From Lama guanicoe (Eukaryota): a stretch of 64,000 nucleotides of DNA. How positions within the stretch are numbered: the stretch's first letter is position 1; each line of letters begins with the position of its first letter. A model generated the notes under the pieces. It searched no databases and was not told where the DNA came from. It was given only the letters and a program-made list of their open reading frames with translations. Both the position numbers and the translations under genes were made by a program. The DNA lies in contig MU053934.1 in assembly GCA_013239625.1 (NCBI GenBank), forward strand, positions 1,333,285 to 1,397,284, read 5' to 3'. Below, piece after piece: positions 51,216 through 64,000 of this stretch.

Positions 51216-52929
51216 TCCAATTACACTCACCTTCTGTTGATGACTCACGATACCACTTACCCGTTGATGGTCATGAGGTGAGGTTTTCTTTTCAAATGAA
51301 TATTTATTTAGGTAAAAGCAAAAAGTCCATGTCAATGCTACACAAATAATAATGCAGATGGGAGGCCAGCATGTCAGACACCGTAAAGGTAACTTGCAGG
51401 ATCTACAAAGGAGCAGGAATCTGTGAGACGCTGGGCGGGGGCAGGGAGGGCGGGGAGCTGGGATTCCAGAAACCTGGCCTCTAAGAGCCGGTCTGGCACT
51501 GATGCGCAGGCAGATCTCAGGAAAGCTGCTCCCCGCACTGGGCCTCGGTTTCCTCTTCTGAAACACAAGAGAGCAGAACTAGAACGTTCCCTCCCTGCTC
51601 TGACATGCCGTGGCCAATTCTGCAAGGAGCCGGTGGCTGCAAAGCCTTGGTGGGGTCACTCGTGGTCATTTGCCACAGCAGAAGCTCCCTCTCTCCAGAG
51701 GATGTCTCCACACCAGGCAGGGCAAACCGGCTCACCACCTCCCTCTCTCTCCCTGCCCCCCAGGGGGCCCCACCCCCACCAGGGCTGGTGGCCGAGCTAA
51801 TGATTCTCCACCACTCTGTCCCGTTCCCCCCACCCACATACAGTATGCAGGACGCCTCAGGGAATGGGCAACAGGGCAGAAATGGTGCATCCAAGGCCCT
51901 CCCCTCCTCGGACAATAACAACAGAGAATAAATTCCTCTTTGTCTCCACTTAAAACTTAAAGGGCTTCAGGGATTGCCTCAGGGACCTCTGGGTCCCAAT
52001 CACCCAGGGAGCTCATGGAAAGCCGCAGTCCACGCCCAGCACCTAAGATTCTGCCTCTAGGTCTAGGGCGAGGCCCAGGAGTCTATTCCAGCAAACTCTC
52101 CCAAATGATTCTGATGCAGGTGGTCCAAGGACCATTTTGTGAGGAGGCGGGAGCCCAGGGAGGCAAAGCAGCTCGTTCTGTGCTCCAAGCCAGTACGCCC
52201 CAGACCCAGGGCCAGGGCAGTGACCCAGGCCAAGGCCGGTGCCAGCCATCCATCACTTCTCATGGCAGGGACCAAGGCTGCACCTCCCTACATCTTCCCT
52301 CTCTCATAGGGATCCTCATAATCTAAGGCCTGGACCCTCCCCAGTCTGATGCCCATGGAGAAATTCAAGAGGGTCTCCCAATTTGAAGGGATGCTGAACT
52401 CAGCTGCCCACTCATGCCTCCTGAGAGAGGCAAGTTCCCCGGAGCCCGGGGACCCTCCAAAGTCAAGGAAGACCCAGGTGGGAGGAAGCCACTTCGTACT
52501 AGAGGCTCAGACCCTGGGAAGAGAGAGATCATCTCTGCACCTGTCCCACTGACGACCCTCTGCAAGGACATGGTGACACCTGAGGGAAGAGGGGAGGAGA
52601 TGCACAGGGAAGAGACCACCTCAGTGGGTAAAGCAGGACAGATCTTAGGGCCTGGAGGAGACCCAGATGTCTTCTGTCCTCCATTCACAGGTCATTCAGT
52701 CACTCAGTGAATCACCGCTGACTGATTACTCTGAGCCAGGCTGGGGGCTGGGGAGGCGGTGGTGAACAGAACCAGACGTAGTGACCACCCACCTAGAGTG
52801 GGGGTGGGGTCAGCAGCAATAAGAGTCATGGTGACACTACCTTGGGACAGTGCCGACTTCTGCTCGTCTTGTCGGGTCGGGGTGACCAGGGGCACCATAG
52901 AATTCCTGGGATTGGCAGAATATCCTGTT

Positions 52930-53300
52930 GCAGGGTTGGCAGTGTTTCTATAAGGGGCCACATAGTAATTTGAAGCTTTGGTGGCTAGATGGTCTCTGTT
53001 GCAATTACTCAACCCTACTGTCATAGCTGAAAAGTAGACAAGGTGTAAATGAACAGGTATGTTCATGTTCCAATAAAACTTTATTAAAACTGCTGTATAG
53101 CACAAGGAACTGCATTCAGTTTCTTGTAATAATATGTAATGGACAAGAATCCAAAAAGAAAAAATGTTTATATGTATGTATACGTACAACTGAATCACTT
53201 TACTGTACACCTGAAACTAACATTGTAAATCAAATACACTTCAATAAAAGAGAAAAAATTTAACTTTATTGGAACAAGAACAGGCAGAGGGCAGAGATCC
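52930..53300. mobile_element. MER58A-like MITE (minus strand) interrupted by a short sense L1 tail (about 53091-53260)
   Basis: gttccaataaaactttatt precedes the L1 and aactttatt...aacaggcagagggcaga follows it, so AACTTTATT is duplicated. Confidence 0.75.
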
Positions 53301-53439
53301 TCCAGGCACATGGAGCATCCCTCTGACCGACTTCTGAACCTTCGTGTCCTTTGCCCTTTAGAAGCCCTTGCTCTTGTCCCCCTTCCTCTTCTTCCTTTTC
53401 CTCTTCTTTCCCTCATCCTCGCCCTCTGTCTGAGTTTCC

Positions 53440-53885
53440 TGCACCTGTTGTATCAAATTACCACTAACTGAGTGGCTTAAAACATCAGAAAGTTATCGTC
53501 CTACAGTTCTGGAGCCAGAAGTCCAAAACCAAGGTGTTGGCAGGGCTGGTTCCTTCTGGAGGCCCTGAGGGAAAACGTTCAGTGCCTCTCTCCCAGCTTC
53601 TGGTGGCAGCCAACACGCTGTCTTTGGCTTATAGACAAGTCACTCCAACCTCTGCCTCCATCGCCACCTGCCTTTGCCTCTGGGTCTGTGTTGAATCTCC
53701 CTCTCCTTTCCCTCATGAGGAACCAGCCGTTGGACTTAGGGCCCACCCGAAACACAGGAGGATCTCATCTCAAGAGCCTTAGTTATACCTACAAAGATAC
53801 TATTTCCAAATAAGGTCACATTCGCAGGTACCAGGGTTTAGGACTAGGACCTACCTTCTCGGAGGGAACACAATTCAACCCACTT
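53440..53885 (-). mobile_element. MLT1-type MaLR LTR
   Basis: caaattaccactaactgagtggcttaaaacatcagaaag...ctatttccaaataaggtcacattcgcaggtaccagggttaggact...caattcaacccac. Confidence 0.85.
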
Positions 53886-54309
53886 CATCTTCCCTCACTT
53901 CTTTGTCCCTCCCATCTTCCTCTTTGTCCCCTCTATCCCCTGCCCCCATCCTCTTTCTTTTCACTCCCTTCCCATCCTTCTTCTCCTTCCTGTCCCTCTC
54001 TTCCTCCTCCTCCTCTGCACTGCCTAGAACCAAAATCAGAGACTCAGCTCTAAGCCCTGGGAAAGGGAGCCCTGGTTTAGGGCTGTGGCCACCACCTAGA
54101 TGCGTCTCATTGACTTGTCAGTAAAGACTCTGGCTCTCAGACAGATAGACGCAGTATCTTCCACGAGAGCAGACAGGAGCAGAAAGGATGCAGAGCTAAG
54201 TTTGCATTTCCCCAGGGATAAGTGTGGTTTGGTCTCCCTCCACCGGACACCCTCTCTCAGTTCCAGCTAACAGAGCCACAACCAAACGTGGCCGTGGGGA
54301 CATTCCTAC

Positions 54310-54730
54310 AGGGCTCAGGGGCACCTGGGAATGACTTTACCTGGGTGGTTCTGGCTCAGAGCCCCTCTTGAGACAGCAGGCAAGATGTTGGTTGGGACTG
54401 CAGTCACCTGAAAGTCTAGACTGGGATAAAGGATCTGCTTCCAAGATGGCTCCAAGTTAGCTGATCCAGCTGTTGGTGGAGCCTCAGCTCCTCCCCAAGC
54501 AAGGCTCTCCACGTGCGCTTGAGTGTCCTCCTGAGATGGCAGTGGCTTCTCTCCTGGAGAGAGCCAAGTGGGAGCTGCAACCTCTGTGACCCAGCCTGAG
54601 AAACTTCACAGCAGCATTTCCACTGCGTCCGTCTATTCTGTGAGTCACTAAGTGGGGCCTGCATCAAAGGAGAAAAGAATTCAAAGGGAGGCATGTCTCA
54701 GAATTTGCAAACCTACCTTAAAGCCACCAC
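54310..54730 (-). mobile_element. MLT1F/G-type MaLR LTR
   Basis: ctgggtggttctggctcagagcccctcttgag...ggatctgcttccaagatggctc...cacagcagcatttccactgcgtc. Confidence 0.7.
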
Positions 54731-57244
54731 TGGTACTTAGTTGGGAGTGGGATGATATTAGACAGCAAAACACAAGCCCTGCCCTATCCAGCCCTATCCA
54801 GCATACGATCTAGCAGGGGCTGCGGTGGCCACTGATTAATCGCAAGGGGAAGTACAATGACAACAGTGATAAGTGTTAGAGAGAGTGACGTGGTACCCTG
54901 AGGACCTATTCCAAGGAAGATTTGGTCCATCAGGGAGGCCAGTGAGGTCTTCCTAGAAGAAGTCATAATTGAGCTGCAATCTGAAGGCTGAATAGGGGGA
55001 AAGAGGGAAGGAGTTTCAATGCAGAGAGAACCAGGAGGACAAGGACCTCGTGGTAGACGAGATGTCCAAATGTGCAAGATAAAATCTGGGAGCCAGAAAG
55101 GAGTCAATCCATACTAAGTGTTGTAGGTGATGGTAGGGATTTATTTTTTGCTTTGATTTGTAGTCCATAAGGAAACAAGAGCCATTGTAGGGGGTCAGGC
55201 AAGAAAATGTACAGTGACCAAGATGAATGAGAATGCTTGGGTTCCAGCTAACAAAAATTATCTTGGGTTAGCTAAAAGAGAAAAGGAAATGTGTTGCCTT
55301 GGAGAAAATTAAGAAATTGTTTCCCAAACTAAGCCACAGGAAGGGCGGGATCCTATGCAGGCTTAAGCCAGATGGAGCCAAAATCTATAACATCATCAAG
55401 TTTCTCCAGTTGCTTCTCTCTGAGAGTTGGCTCAACCCTTTCTCACTCCAGCCATCATTCTCCCCGTGGGCCCCAGTAGCTCCAAGAGTTACATCAACCT
55501 CCAGTGTCTTCTCTCAAGCTCTCTAAAGTCCCAAGTCCAGAAGTCCCAGAGGAGGGACTTACTGGCCCAGCTGGAGTGAGATGTCCATCTCCAAACTAGT
55601 CAACTGAAGCCAGAGGGTATGACTGAAAGAACAGTGTGCCTTTGGGCCTGGCCTGGAGTCTTCTTCTTGCTGATCCTCTTTTTCTCTCACACTGTTCCAT
55701 GCTGGGAGGATGGTTTCTTATTTCAGGGCCCTTATAACTCTTCACAGGTCATTTTCAGTCTCCATATATAAAACTCTCAGAAAGTTTCTTTCTTTTTTAA
55801 ATCAATGGTATGTTCCTAAAGAGGTTTACTCCCCCAAATACTACTGGTAAGGTGGCAGGAGTTAATCATTTTTTGACCAGAAATGGCTCTTCTCCCTGGG
55901 GCTTCAGATACCCTTTGAATACCTTTAATCTGGGCACTCTGCATACCTGTACTTGGGTTGGTTTTCTGTATGTATTTTCATAGAGAGAAGAGTTAGCTAA
56001 TTTCCTCCTCAATTCTTAGCAGGAAGGGTAACTAAATACGGAGTCCTCCATTGACAGGAAGTTCTGTGACACTTCCTGGGTCACATCAGGAAACTTCCTC
56101 CAGCTTCACAGCTTGCGTGGTCTGTTTGTTCCCCAGCATTGTCACAAGTATAGAATGGAAAGTCATGAGGGCAGGAGGAGAACATACACACGGACACACA
56201 CAACTTCTTAGCAAGCAAAACAATTCTATCGGTTCAAATACGATGGCATTTTGAAAGTATGTGAACTCAGCCCATGGCTACCCTGTCCCAGGACTCTATG
56301 CCCAGATCCAAGCACACTGTCACAGGAGCCACACTGTAATCACACAGATAAACATACAAACCTGACAAAGTGCTTTGAGCATGCAGAGGAGGGCGTAACA
56401 AACTATCTGAAGGCAGGCTTCAGAAAGGTGGGGACATCTGAGATGGCTCACCAGGCAGAGGGAAGCATGTGCACCAGCCTGGAGGAATAAAAAGAAATAT
56501 TCCTTTTGAGAAACAAAGAAATTCAGGGTGGCTGGAGTCTAGCAACCATGTTGCGATGCCAGAGGAGATGAGAGGAACAAGACAGACTGAAGGTCATGTG
56601 TGCCAAGTTAAGAGCCTTGCTCTTTATCCATACCCATCAGCATCTTTAAAACCTATGTTTGGAAGTTTCAGACTTCCACTGAGATGCATGATCAGAACGG
56701 CCTTGGATGAAGGGGAGACCCAGGGGCTGTACTCCGGTGCCCCGACAGGCGTCAACAGAAAAGCCCTACCACTATCCATTTTGTAGGGTTCCCACACAAT
56801 GTCCTTTAAACAAAGGCATAACTGCTATTTTAACAAAAGAAAAGAAGACATAAAAAATAAAAATTGTGGCAGAGTTGTGGGGGGAGACAAATATGCTGAG
56901 ATCGATAAGTTAAAAAATATTATGAAAGGGAGACCGTACATGTGGAAAATAACAATCCTCACACTCCTGAGAGAGGAGACAGTAAACCAGTCACCCCTGG
57001 GAGCAGGCCGCACATCTGTGGCTGGTGAGCTTCCCATTGGTCTCTTGACCATTTTTATTTTAGGGGTTTATTTAGTCTCATCTCTTTCCACCCTGGCTGA
57101 ATTCTCTTTGATGTTGTTTATTGACACAAGTAACCTACCTTTATTACAGAAAAATTTTAAACTCGGATAAACAAAAAGAAGACAAAAGAAAATGTAACTA
57201 TAACTGTACCATCTCATACCCAGTAATAAGTACCATTAACATTT

Positions 57245-57375
57245 TGGGGTTTTTTTTAATTTTTTAAATTACAGTTTAGTTGATTTACCATGTGTGTTAG
57301 TGTCTGGTGAACAGCATAGTGATTCAGTTATACATACATAAATATTCTTTTTCATATTCTTTTTCAGTATAGGTT
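57245..57375 (-). mobile_element. Short L1 3' tail
   Basis: ttagttgatttaccatgtgtgttagtgtctggtgaacagcatagtgattcagttatacatac. Confidence 0.85.
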
Positions 57376-57979
57376 AAACATAGGTAGAGACAGAGAGATT
57401 TTTTTGGTTGTGTGTGTGTTTTTATTTTTTTTTTACAAATATGGAGGCTGGTTTGTCGCACACTGAAATCTAACATTATATATATTTTTTTATTTTATAT
57501 ATCTATGTGTTTTTTATATTATATATTATATGTATATATTTTTAAAGCCTGTTGTGTTTCCACGTGGAGATTCACAACAGACCTTGGCGAGAAGGAAACC
57601 CTGGGTTGGTTTGAACTTTGATGGATGAGCAGGAGTTTACCAAAGGAGGAGGATAGGCATTCCAGATGCGGGGTAGTGAGAACAAACATCCGGAGGGTAA
57701 AGGGCGTGGTCCATGTGGGGAATCTAGAAGTCTAGAATCTAGAATCTAGAAGTCGTCAAGTGGGACTGAAATAACAGAAGTGAGGGCCGAAGGGAAAGAA
57801 GGAAGGGCCTTGAGTGCCGCGCCAAGGAGCTCGCCTAGTACACTGGCCAGCGACCGCCTGCCCCGGGAGGCTCCTCCCCACACCCCACCTGTCTTGGCTT
57901 GGAGATATCCCTGCAGGAGGGCCCCACAGGGAATTGGTGCCTTGAGAAGACTAGGACAAGGCCCATTTCCAGAGTCCTA

Positions 57980-58260
57980 GCCCATTGGCAAAGCCCCCGG
58001 GGCCTTTAAATGAGCAGCCAGGGCCAATTAGCAGACAGCAGAGAAGGAGCGATCAGGGGAGGGAGCCGAGCGCGAAGAAACATAGGTTTATAATTAGGTG
58101 GCCTAATCACCTGTGTAAACTGTGTATTTCTTATGATCGATGTGCTAAACGGCTCAGGTTTAATTAAGTTCTGCTGACTCGTTCTCTTTGAAGACCCACT
58201 GAAGTGTGATTCACAGCTCGCACAATTAATAACCCCGAGGGGAGCAACTTGAAAGGGTGG
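57980..58260. promoter_or_regulatory. Putative intronic enhancer
   Basis: Unique sequence with CCAATTAG, TTTATAATTAGG, TAATCA, TGTAAAC, TTAATTAA and CAATTAATAA within about 250 bp. Confidence 0.4.
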
Positions 58261-59004
58261 CAGTTCCCCGCCCCCTTCTTCCAACCCCTCCTTCCCACCC
58301 TATCCCACCCCACCCCACCGTCTTCCTCTCTGAGCCGGGGCCCAGAACATGCCAGCCCTTCCCCGGAATTAAGAATCATCCTGTGCATGGAGCAGCTCCA
58401 TCAATGAGCTGGTACTTCCAGCTTCTTGTTTAATGAGGTCCCTTCTGGTTCCAAAAGTCTACCTGCAGAGTCCTGTGTTCTGCCTTCTTCTCTCTTCCAT
58501 GTGCCATTGATACTGCTCTGCCTTCTCTCACCTGCTTCCTCTCTCTTATCACCCACTGTGGTCTGTAACCCAACCATCAGCCTTGCTGGCCCCCCTCACT
58601 CCTTTCCTAGAGCAGCCTCCTCCCGCACATGGTGGGAAAACCTCAGTGTTGGTCTTCATCCTTCCTGAGCTGACCTCTCAGACTCTGCCCTTCCCTATCC
58701 TCCCTGTCCTGTGGCCCACAGGCCGGCCATTCTACTCTGAGTCACCATCCAGAACTCCTGGGCACTGTCCTCTCCACTGGACATCCCCCTTGTCCCTAGG
58801 CACCAGCAGAGAGATGGGCGTGGGTCAGCCTTCCCTTCCTCTTACTTTCCCTGCACTTCCGGTTTCCCCGACACCATCGAAGTCAGCTCTATGACTGATG
58901 GATACTCTTCCCTGGAGATACGTGGCAATGAGAGAAAGTTGCAACACAAAGAGAAACTTAATGTGAGACCCCGAATGTGAAGAATCCAATGGGAAAACTG
59001 TGAG

Positions 59005-59195
59005 GTGGCATTGTCCAATAGAACTCTCTCTGATAATGGAAATGTTCTATACTGGTACTGTCCAATATGGTTAGCCTTATGTGGTTATTGACCTATGGCT
59101 GGTGTGACTAAGGAACTGCATTTTATTTTATTTTATTTATTTTATTTAAATAGCCATATGTAGATAGTAGCTACCATATTGAACAATGCAGATCT
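59005..59195. mobile_element. MER3-like MITE
   Basis: gcattgtccaatagaactctctctgataatggaaatgttctata...tagctaccatattgaacaatgcagatcta. Confidence 0.8.
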
Positions 59196-61404
59196 AAGGG
59201 GTTGAACTTCTAACATTTCCAGCCTTAGATCCTAACCTTGTTTCCCTGACTTCAAGTTCAAGTCTATCTGTCTCCCAAAGCTGCTCTCTGGTTGAGTGTC
59301 ACTAGTCATGTTTCAGGGACCCCTGCTCACTGAGAGTGACGTCAGCTCCAGGACCCCTCTCCCTACCACTCCATTTTATAGCTCTCCAATTTGGGGATAT
59401 TCAGGCTCAAGTAACATCCCAAGAAGGGCTGTATGGAGAAAGTCAGTGTTGCCTGTTGACACCCGAAAACCCACGCTTGGTCTTGGGGGAGGGGCTTTGA
59501 CATTCTGAGTCCTATAGGCTGGTCCCCTTGGGGCTCAGCCTCCATCTCCCCACCAGTGTGAATTTTAGACTCCCCTCTTTCGTCCCAGGGAAAGCCGTAT
59601 ATATCTTAATAGTGGCTCCCTTAGTGACACACATGCAAGTTTTGAAATAGTTATTTTATTAAGGAATCTATACTTGGTCATGAACCCTTGTTTGCCTAGG
59701 TTTCCTTCTGGGGAAAAGGGAAGAGTTGCTTTATTCTTGATATAACCTAAATTCTGTTTCTAATCCTCTGTTCTCCATGTTGCTTACTTTCCCTTATTCC
59801 CATTCTACACACTACGTCTTCCATTCAGTAGCCTCTATTCCAAAGTTCTGTGTTCTCAAAGGAATCCCAGCTCCATCGTATTCTTGACAACTCAGTTTAC
59901 CCATCCAACCTGGAATCTTCCATTCTGTGAATTTGTTTTGCAATATTCTACAAAACTGCAGTGTATCATCTAAAATGCTGAGCTCATGAATAAATGAATG
60001 AATGAATGAGATACTGTCAGCATGGCTTGTTAATTTCTGTACTTCCGCAGACAGGCCCTCAGTGCCTATTAGATGCTGGGTACACAGAAGACATTCAGTA
60101 AGATCTTGGCAATGGATTAACACTTCCATTTCTCTCTACGTCACTTCTGGTTTGCTTTGGCTCTATCCCTTAAAGACACCACCAGTTCTAACCAGAGAAT
60201 ATGTATCTCTTTCTTTTTATTTAAAAAGTAGGGTGGACTTGAGGAGAGGGAGGGAGATAGAGAAGGAGGGTGAGGGAGATCAGATCACATCAAGCGGTTC
60301 ACAGTCCCTTCTAGTGGATAATTATGGCTGAAACCTCACTGTCTGCAACTCCCAAGAAGCTCCCAAGAGTCAGAAAAAATGAGTAAAGTACTTTGAGGGG
60401 ATAAAAAAAAGGATTAAGAGTAAACACGAGGGGTGGTAGGAAGGGGCAAGTCCAAAGGCAGACTCTGAAGTGTACTTGTCAAGTCACAGAGATGCAGGAG
60501 CATCCAAGCCAGCAGAGTTATCCTCAGCTGAAATCTCTCCTCTCTGGCCCTCTTGCTTTCACCAAGCAAATTGGCCCCCCGGGCAAGCCCGAGGCAAGGC
60601 GTTTTAAGCCATTCGGCCTCTACCTGAAGAAAAAGAGAATTACAGACTGTCGGGGTGGATTTGGCCTTTGAGACTTGATCATTTAACCCCTCTCTCCCCC
60701 ACCCCCATTCTACAGATGGGGAGACTGAGGCCCAGAGAGTAAATAAAATACGGCCCATGTTTTAGAGTGGAGCCAGGAAGAGAGCTCAGGGCTTCCAATA
60801 TCCAGTTCAGTGGGTTTTCTACCATCCAGCGATAGCAGGGTGGCTACTAAGTACACACATAAAAAAATTAGTTGATCTCTTCAACTGTTAAACTATCACA
60901 AGTGAAATCCACTTTTCACTGAGTGTGTACTCCAGTTCATAGCTTGTGGTGGTTTTACCTCATTTGAGGGCGAAAGAAAGTGGGCTGAGTGGAGAAAGGA
61001 GACCTCAGTGGAAGTTCAGATCCACCCCCTCCTCTCCAGCTGCTTTGGGTCCTCAGAAATCTATCTGACATAGGACATCTGACCTGTGACATCTGACAGT
61101 GCAAAAAAGGTCAAATAAATCATTCAGCGTTGTTTCTTGTGAAAGTGTCTTCCCTGCCCAGTGGGTTGATTTCACATTTATTTATTTAGAGCAAACAATT
61201 ATTAAGCTCTCCATAGGCGCCAGTTACTCAGCAAGTCTATGATATGGTCCCTGCCCTCCAGGAGCTCACAGTAGAAAAAGAGAGACAGAGAGAGAGACAG
61301 ACAGACAGAGTAGAGCAGGCAAGTGTGGGCTCCCTTTCCCGGACGGTTTGAGTCCTGCCAACATGAGTGAGGGATGCCAAGACAGAAAGTACCAAGAGTC
61401 ACCG

Positions 61405-61540
61405 TTTTCTCTTTTTTGGGGGGGGAGGGTAATTAGGTTTACTTTCTTATTTTTTTATTTACTTTTAATGAAGGTACTGGGGATTGAATCCAGGACCCTG
61501 TGCTAAGCACGTACTGCACCACTGAGCTATACCCTCCCCC
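61405..61540 (-). mobile_element. tRNA-derived SINE (camelid Vic-1-like)
   Basis: Reverse complement reads ggggagggtatagctcagtggtgcagtacgtgcttagcacagggtcctggattcaatccccagtacc...aaacctaattaccctccccc; same family as 62588-62739. Confidence 0.88.
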
Positions 61541-62587
61541 CTTCGCCATCACTTTCTGAGGGCAAAGTTTTCCTACAGAAGTGAGAAAGAACTCAGGAGC
61601 CATGGTGGTCCACTAGAATGGTAGGAATTCTAGCGGGTGCCAAAAGTGAAGGTGATTTGGGGAGGGGGAGCTGTATCTTTCCTACAGTTCCTAAAATTAC
61701 ATCACATGGTCTTTGTTCCAAGTAAGACTCAAGTTGTAACGCTGGCCTCAGAAGTCCATGATCAGGAAGACAAACCCGCCCCACCTGGTGTGGTGCTTCC
61801 CCCAGGGTCCGCCCTGTCCTAGCTCCATCAGGAGGCACAGCAAGGCTGCAAGCAGGGCCATTCTCCTTGCTCTTCTAGTTTCCCTAGCGCTTCTCCAGTG
61901 CGGCTTTCAGAAGCCCCTCTTCATCCCTCCAGCCCCTAACCCCCCCTGTCTCCCTCCCTCTCTGCAGATGCCCTGACCTGAAAATGTGCTATGCTGTCCT
62001 GAAAAATTCAATGACATATGACCACCCCTGACCAGCCTACCTCTCAGTCCTGCTCCAAACACCCGACCAGAGCCCTCTCTCTTCCTCCTCAGTTCCTTCT
62101 TCTCATCTTCAGATATGCTCCACACTGCACTCCAGACTTCTCCCCAACCTCCCCAGCCTTTCTAGAACCTTCTCAAGATATAAATATAAGTTCTTCTTTT
62201 ATTCACTGTATCCACTTCAACCCAACCACTCACACCTCAATCCAATTTAATTCAACAGATACTTGCTGAAGTTCCCACTAAGTATCAGATGTGTTTAGTG
62301 TGTTTGGGGATAACACAAAATTGTTCTTCTTGACTTGGCTTCTGCCATCCTAATTCTACCCAAGTCATCTTCCTGTGGACCTCAGTGACCTCCTAAATAC
62401 CAAATTCAGGACCACAAGCCTCAAATCCATCTTGGAACAAGGCAGGGGAAATATACATACATACATACACACAGGCCAAGGTCAAGGTCTTCCACGATAC
62501 CTGGCACTTAATAGGTTTCAATAAGCACACCAGATTGTTTCTTGCTTTTCCTCCTCTTCAATCTCTCTTATGTAAAGTCTACAACCA

Positions 62588-62739
62588 GGGGAAGGGTGTA
62601 GCTCAGTGGTAGAGTGCATGCCTAGCATGCATGAGGTCCTGGGTTCAATCCCCAGCCTCCACCAAAATAAAAAAAAATAAACCTAATTTCCTCTCCCCCT
62701 AAAAAAAGTTTAAAAAAATTTTTTTAAAAATAAAATGAT
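62588..62739 (+). mobile_element. tRNA-derived SINE (camelid Vic-1-like)
   Basis: A box TAGCTCAGTGG, B box GGTTCAATCCC, aaacctaatt-C-rich tail and poly-A. TSD GTCTACAACCA (62577-62587) / GTCTATGACCA (62740-62750). Confidence 0.9.
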
Positions 62740-63254
62740 GTCTATGACCACTTTTTTCTGTCCAAGCCTCTCTTCTCCCATGGTTTCTATGGATATTTGT
62801 GTGTCTGAGTTCCTCCTGTCTTAGGTCAAGTTCTCCAAAAATAGACTGAGAGTGATTGGCTGGAGAGTTTACCTGATGTCATGCTGTTCATTCTTTCTTT
62901 TAATCCCCGGGACCACATGAAAGTGGTCTACCCGGCTATCAATGGCAGCGCTTCAACTTGGGTCCCCCGCTGGCTGCTGAACTTCTAAATGGTGGAGGGG
63001 CCACAGGCTCACTCCCAGACCCTCCACTCTTCCCCAGACATGCCTCCTGCCTAAGTGATCTCACCCACTCCCCTGACTGCAGAGGCCAATATGTGCCGAT
63101 GATTCCCATATCTGAACCTCAGGCCTGAGACCCCCTTTGAGCTCCAAGCATATAAGCATCTGCCTATTTGATAGTTTGCTTTGAATGGCCAGTAAGCCTC
63201 TCAGACTTAGCACGTCCAGATTGGATACCTGATTTCCCGTCACGCACACGGGCA

Positions 63255-63520
63255 CTCAGGCCTGGCTTCACGGGCCCGTGTGTGACCAGTGTAGCTGTAC
63301 AGGGCCCTGCGCTCAGAAGCGGGCCTAGCACTTGGTATTTAAAGCTAAGTCACCATCTTAAAACTGTCAATAATTTCATGTTTGAAACTGTGTTTCGTGA
63401 GTGAATCCAATGGGACCAGGAAGCACGCACCAGAGGCCTGGACCCCCAACTTACACTCAGTTGCCCTCTCACTGACTCCCTGCCTGCCTGGGATGGGCTC
63501 TGGGCCACTGTTGCCCCGCC
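63255..63520. mobile_element. MER91-like hAT-Tip100 element
   Basis: gtgtgaccagtgtagctgtacagggccctgcgctcagaagcgggcc...ccatcttaaaactgtcaataattt. Confidence 0.6.
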
Positions 63521-63894
63521 CCTACCCAGGGACCTCTGCTCCTCAACCCTGTGTGTGTTGCGGGGGCGGGGAGGGCATGGATGTGAGGGGGGTCACGGTC
63601 AGGCACGTGCACGCTGGCGCCAAGTTGAAGGGTGAGCCCTGGAGGACTGAGAGGGTCTACACTCACCCTATTAGTACCCCTGTCCCCGACAGAGCAAGGC
63701 CTTAAGTAGCAAATAAAAACCACCCTGACAGGTCAAGAGAGGGGCTGTGGAAGAAAGGAAAAAGCTTTTTTTCCCTTTTGCACTCGGCCCCACATAGGAT
63801 GCAGTGGGGCCCTGAGTAGACATGAGGCTGGACAGGAGGCTGGAAACAGGCTGTAAGGCACTGACTACTGAGCAGTTCAGTCTTTGCTTTGTAG

Positions 63895-64000
63895 ACCAAA
63901 GTCGGCCAGCTTTGAAAAGGGCTGGATGGGAATTATTTTAGGTTTTGTGGTCTTTTTGCCATTACTCAACTTTACCATTATAGCACGAAAGTGGCCACAG
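63895..64000 (-). mobile_element. MER58A-like MITE, cut by the window end
   Basis: gtcggccagctttgaaaagggctggatgggaattattttaggttttgtgg...attactcaactttaccattatagcacgaaagtggccacag. Confidence 0.7.

Larger units (their letters stand above)
49195..64000 (+). other. ISX: ISX intron following the first coding exon (extends beyond the window)
   Basis: No RRVRTTF/WFQN homeodomain sequence was found downstream in the ORF track or by eye; the region is repeat-rich. Consistent with the long intron recalled for human ISX. Confidence 0.75.

Noticed and set aside
62588..62660. tRNA gene
   Set aside because: A/B boxes are present, but they are followed by a SINE tail, poly-A and TSD, and a diverged second copy lies at 61405-61540.
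63855..63880. actactgagcag (TTEQ-like) as the ISX homeobox exon
   Set aside because: No RRVRTTF upstream and no homeodomain continuation; it adjoins a MER58-like element.

Overview
This is mammalian genomic DNA, repeat-rich and gene-poor, and very probably camelid. It carries tRNA-derived Vic-1-like SINEs and artiodactyl-type L1 tails, and I recognised no Alu, Bov-A/tA, PRE-1 or CanSINE. The only protein-coding sequence I can support is the first coding exon of ISX (intestine-specific homeobox), + strand, 49011-49194. It encodes an eh1 motif (FSIEEIL) and ends in a phase-1 GT donor. The homeobox exons were not found and presumably lie beyond base 64000. The first ~48 kb is the ISX upstream region: L1 3' ends, solo ERV LTRs, MaLR LTRs, MIR/L2/CR1, hAT transposons, several homeodomain-motif-dense putative enhancers and a near-consensus CTCF site. 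The most notable structures are: (1) a sense-oriented solo LTR ~6 kb upstream of ISX with NF-Y, octamer and TATA motifs and a mutated poly(A) signal, set in a 12-bp minisatellite and flanked by a ~108-bp direct duplication instead of a 4-bp TSD; (2) a ~3 kb fossil RTE-X/L4-like LINE ORF whose RT motifs, including YADD, are still readable but absent from the ORF track. I found no convincing evidence of a wholly new biological system. Repeat family names and orthologue comparisons come from recalled consensus sequences, not from a database search, and repeat boundaries without TSDs are approximate.
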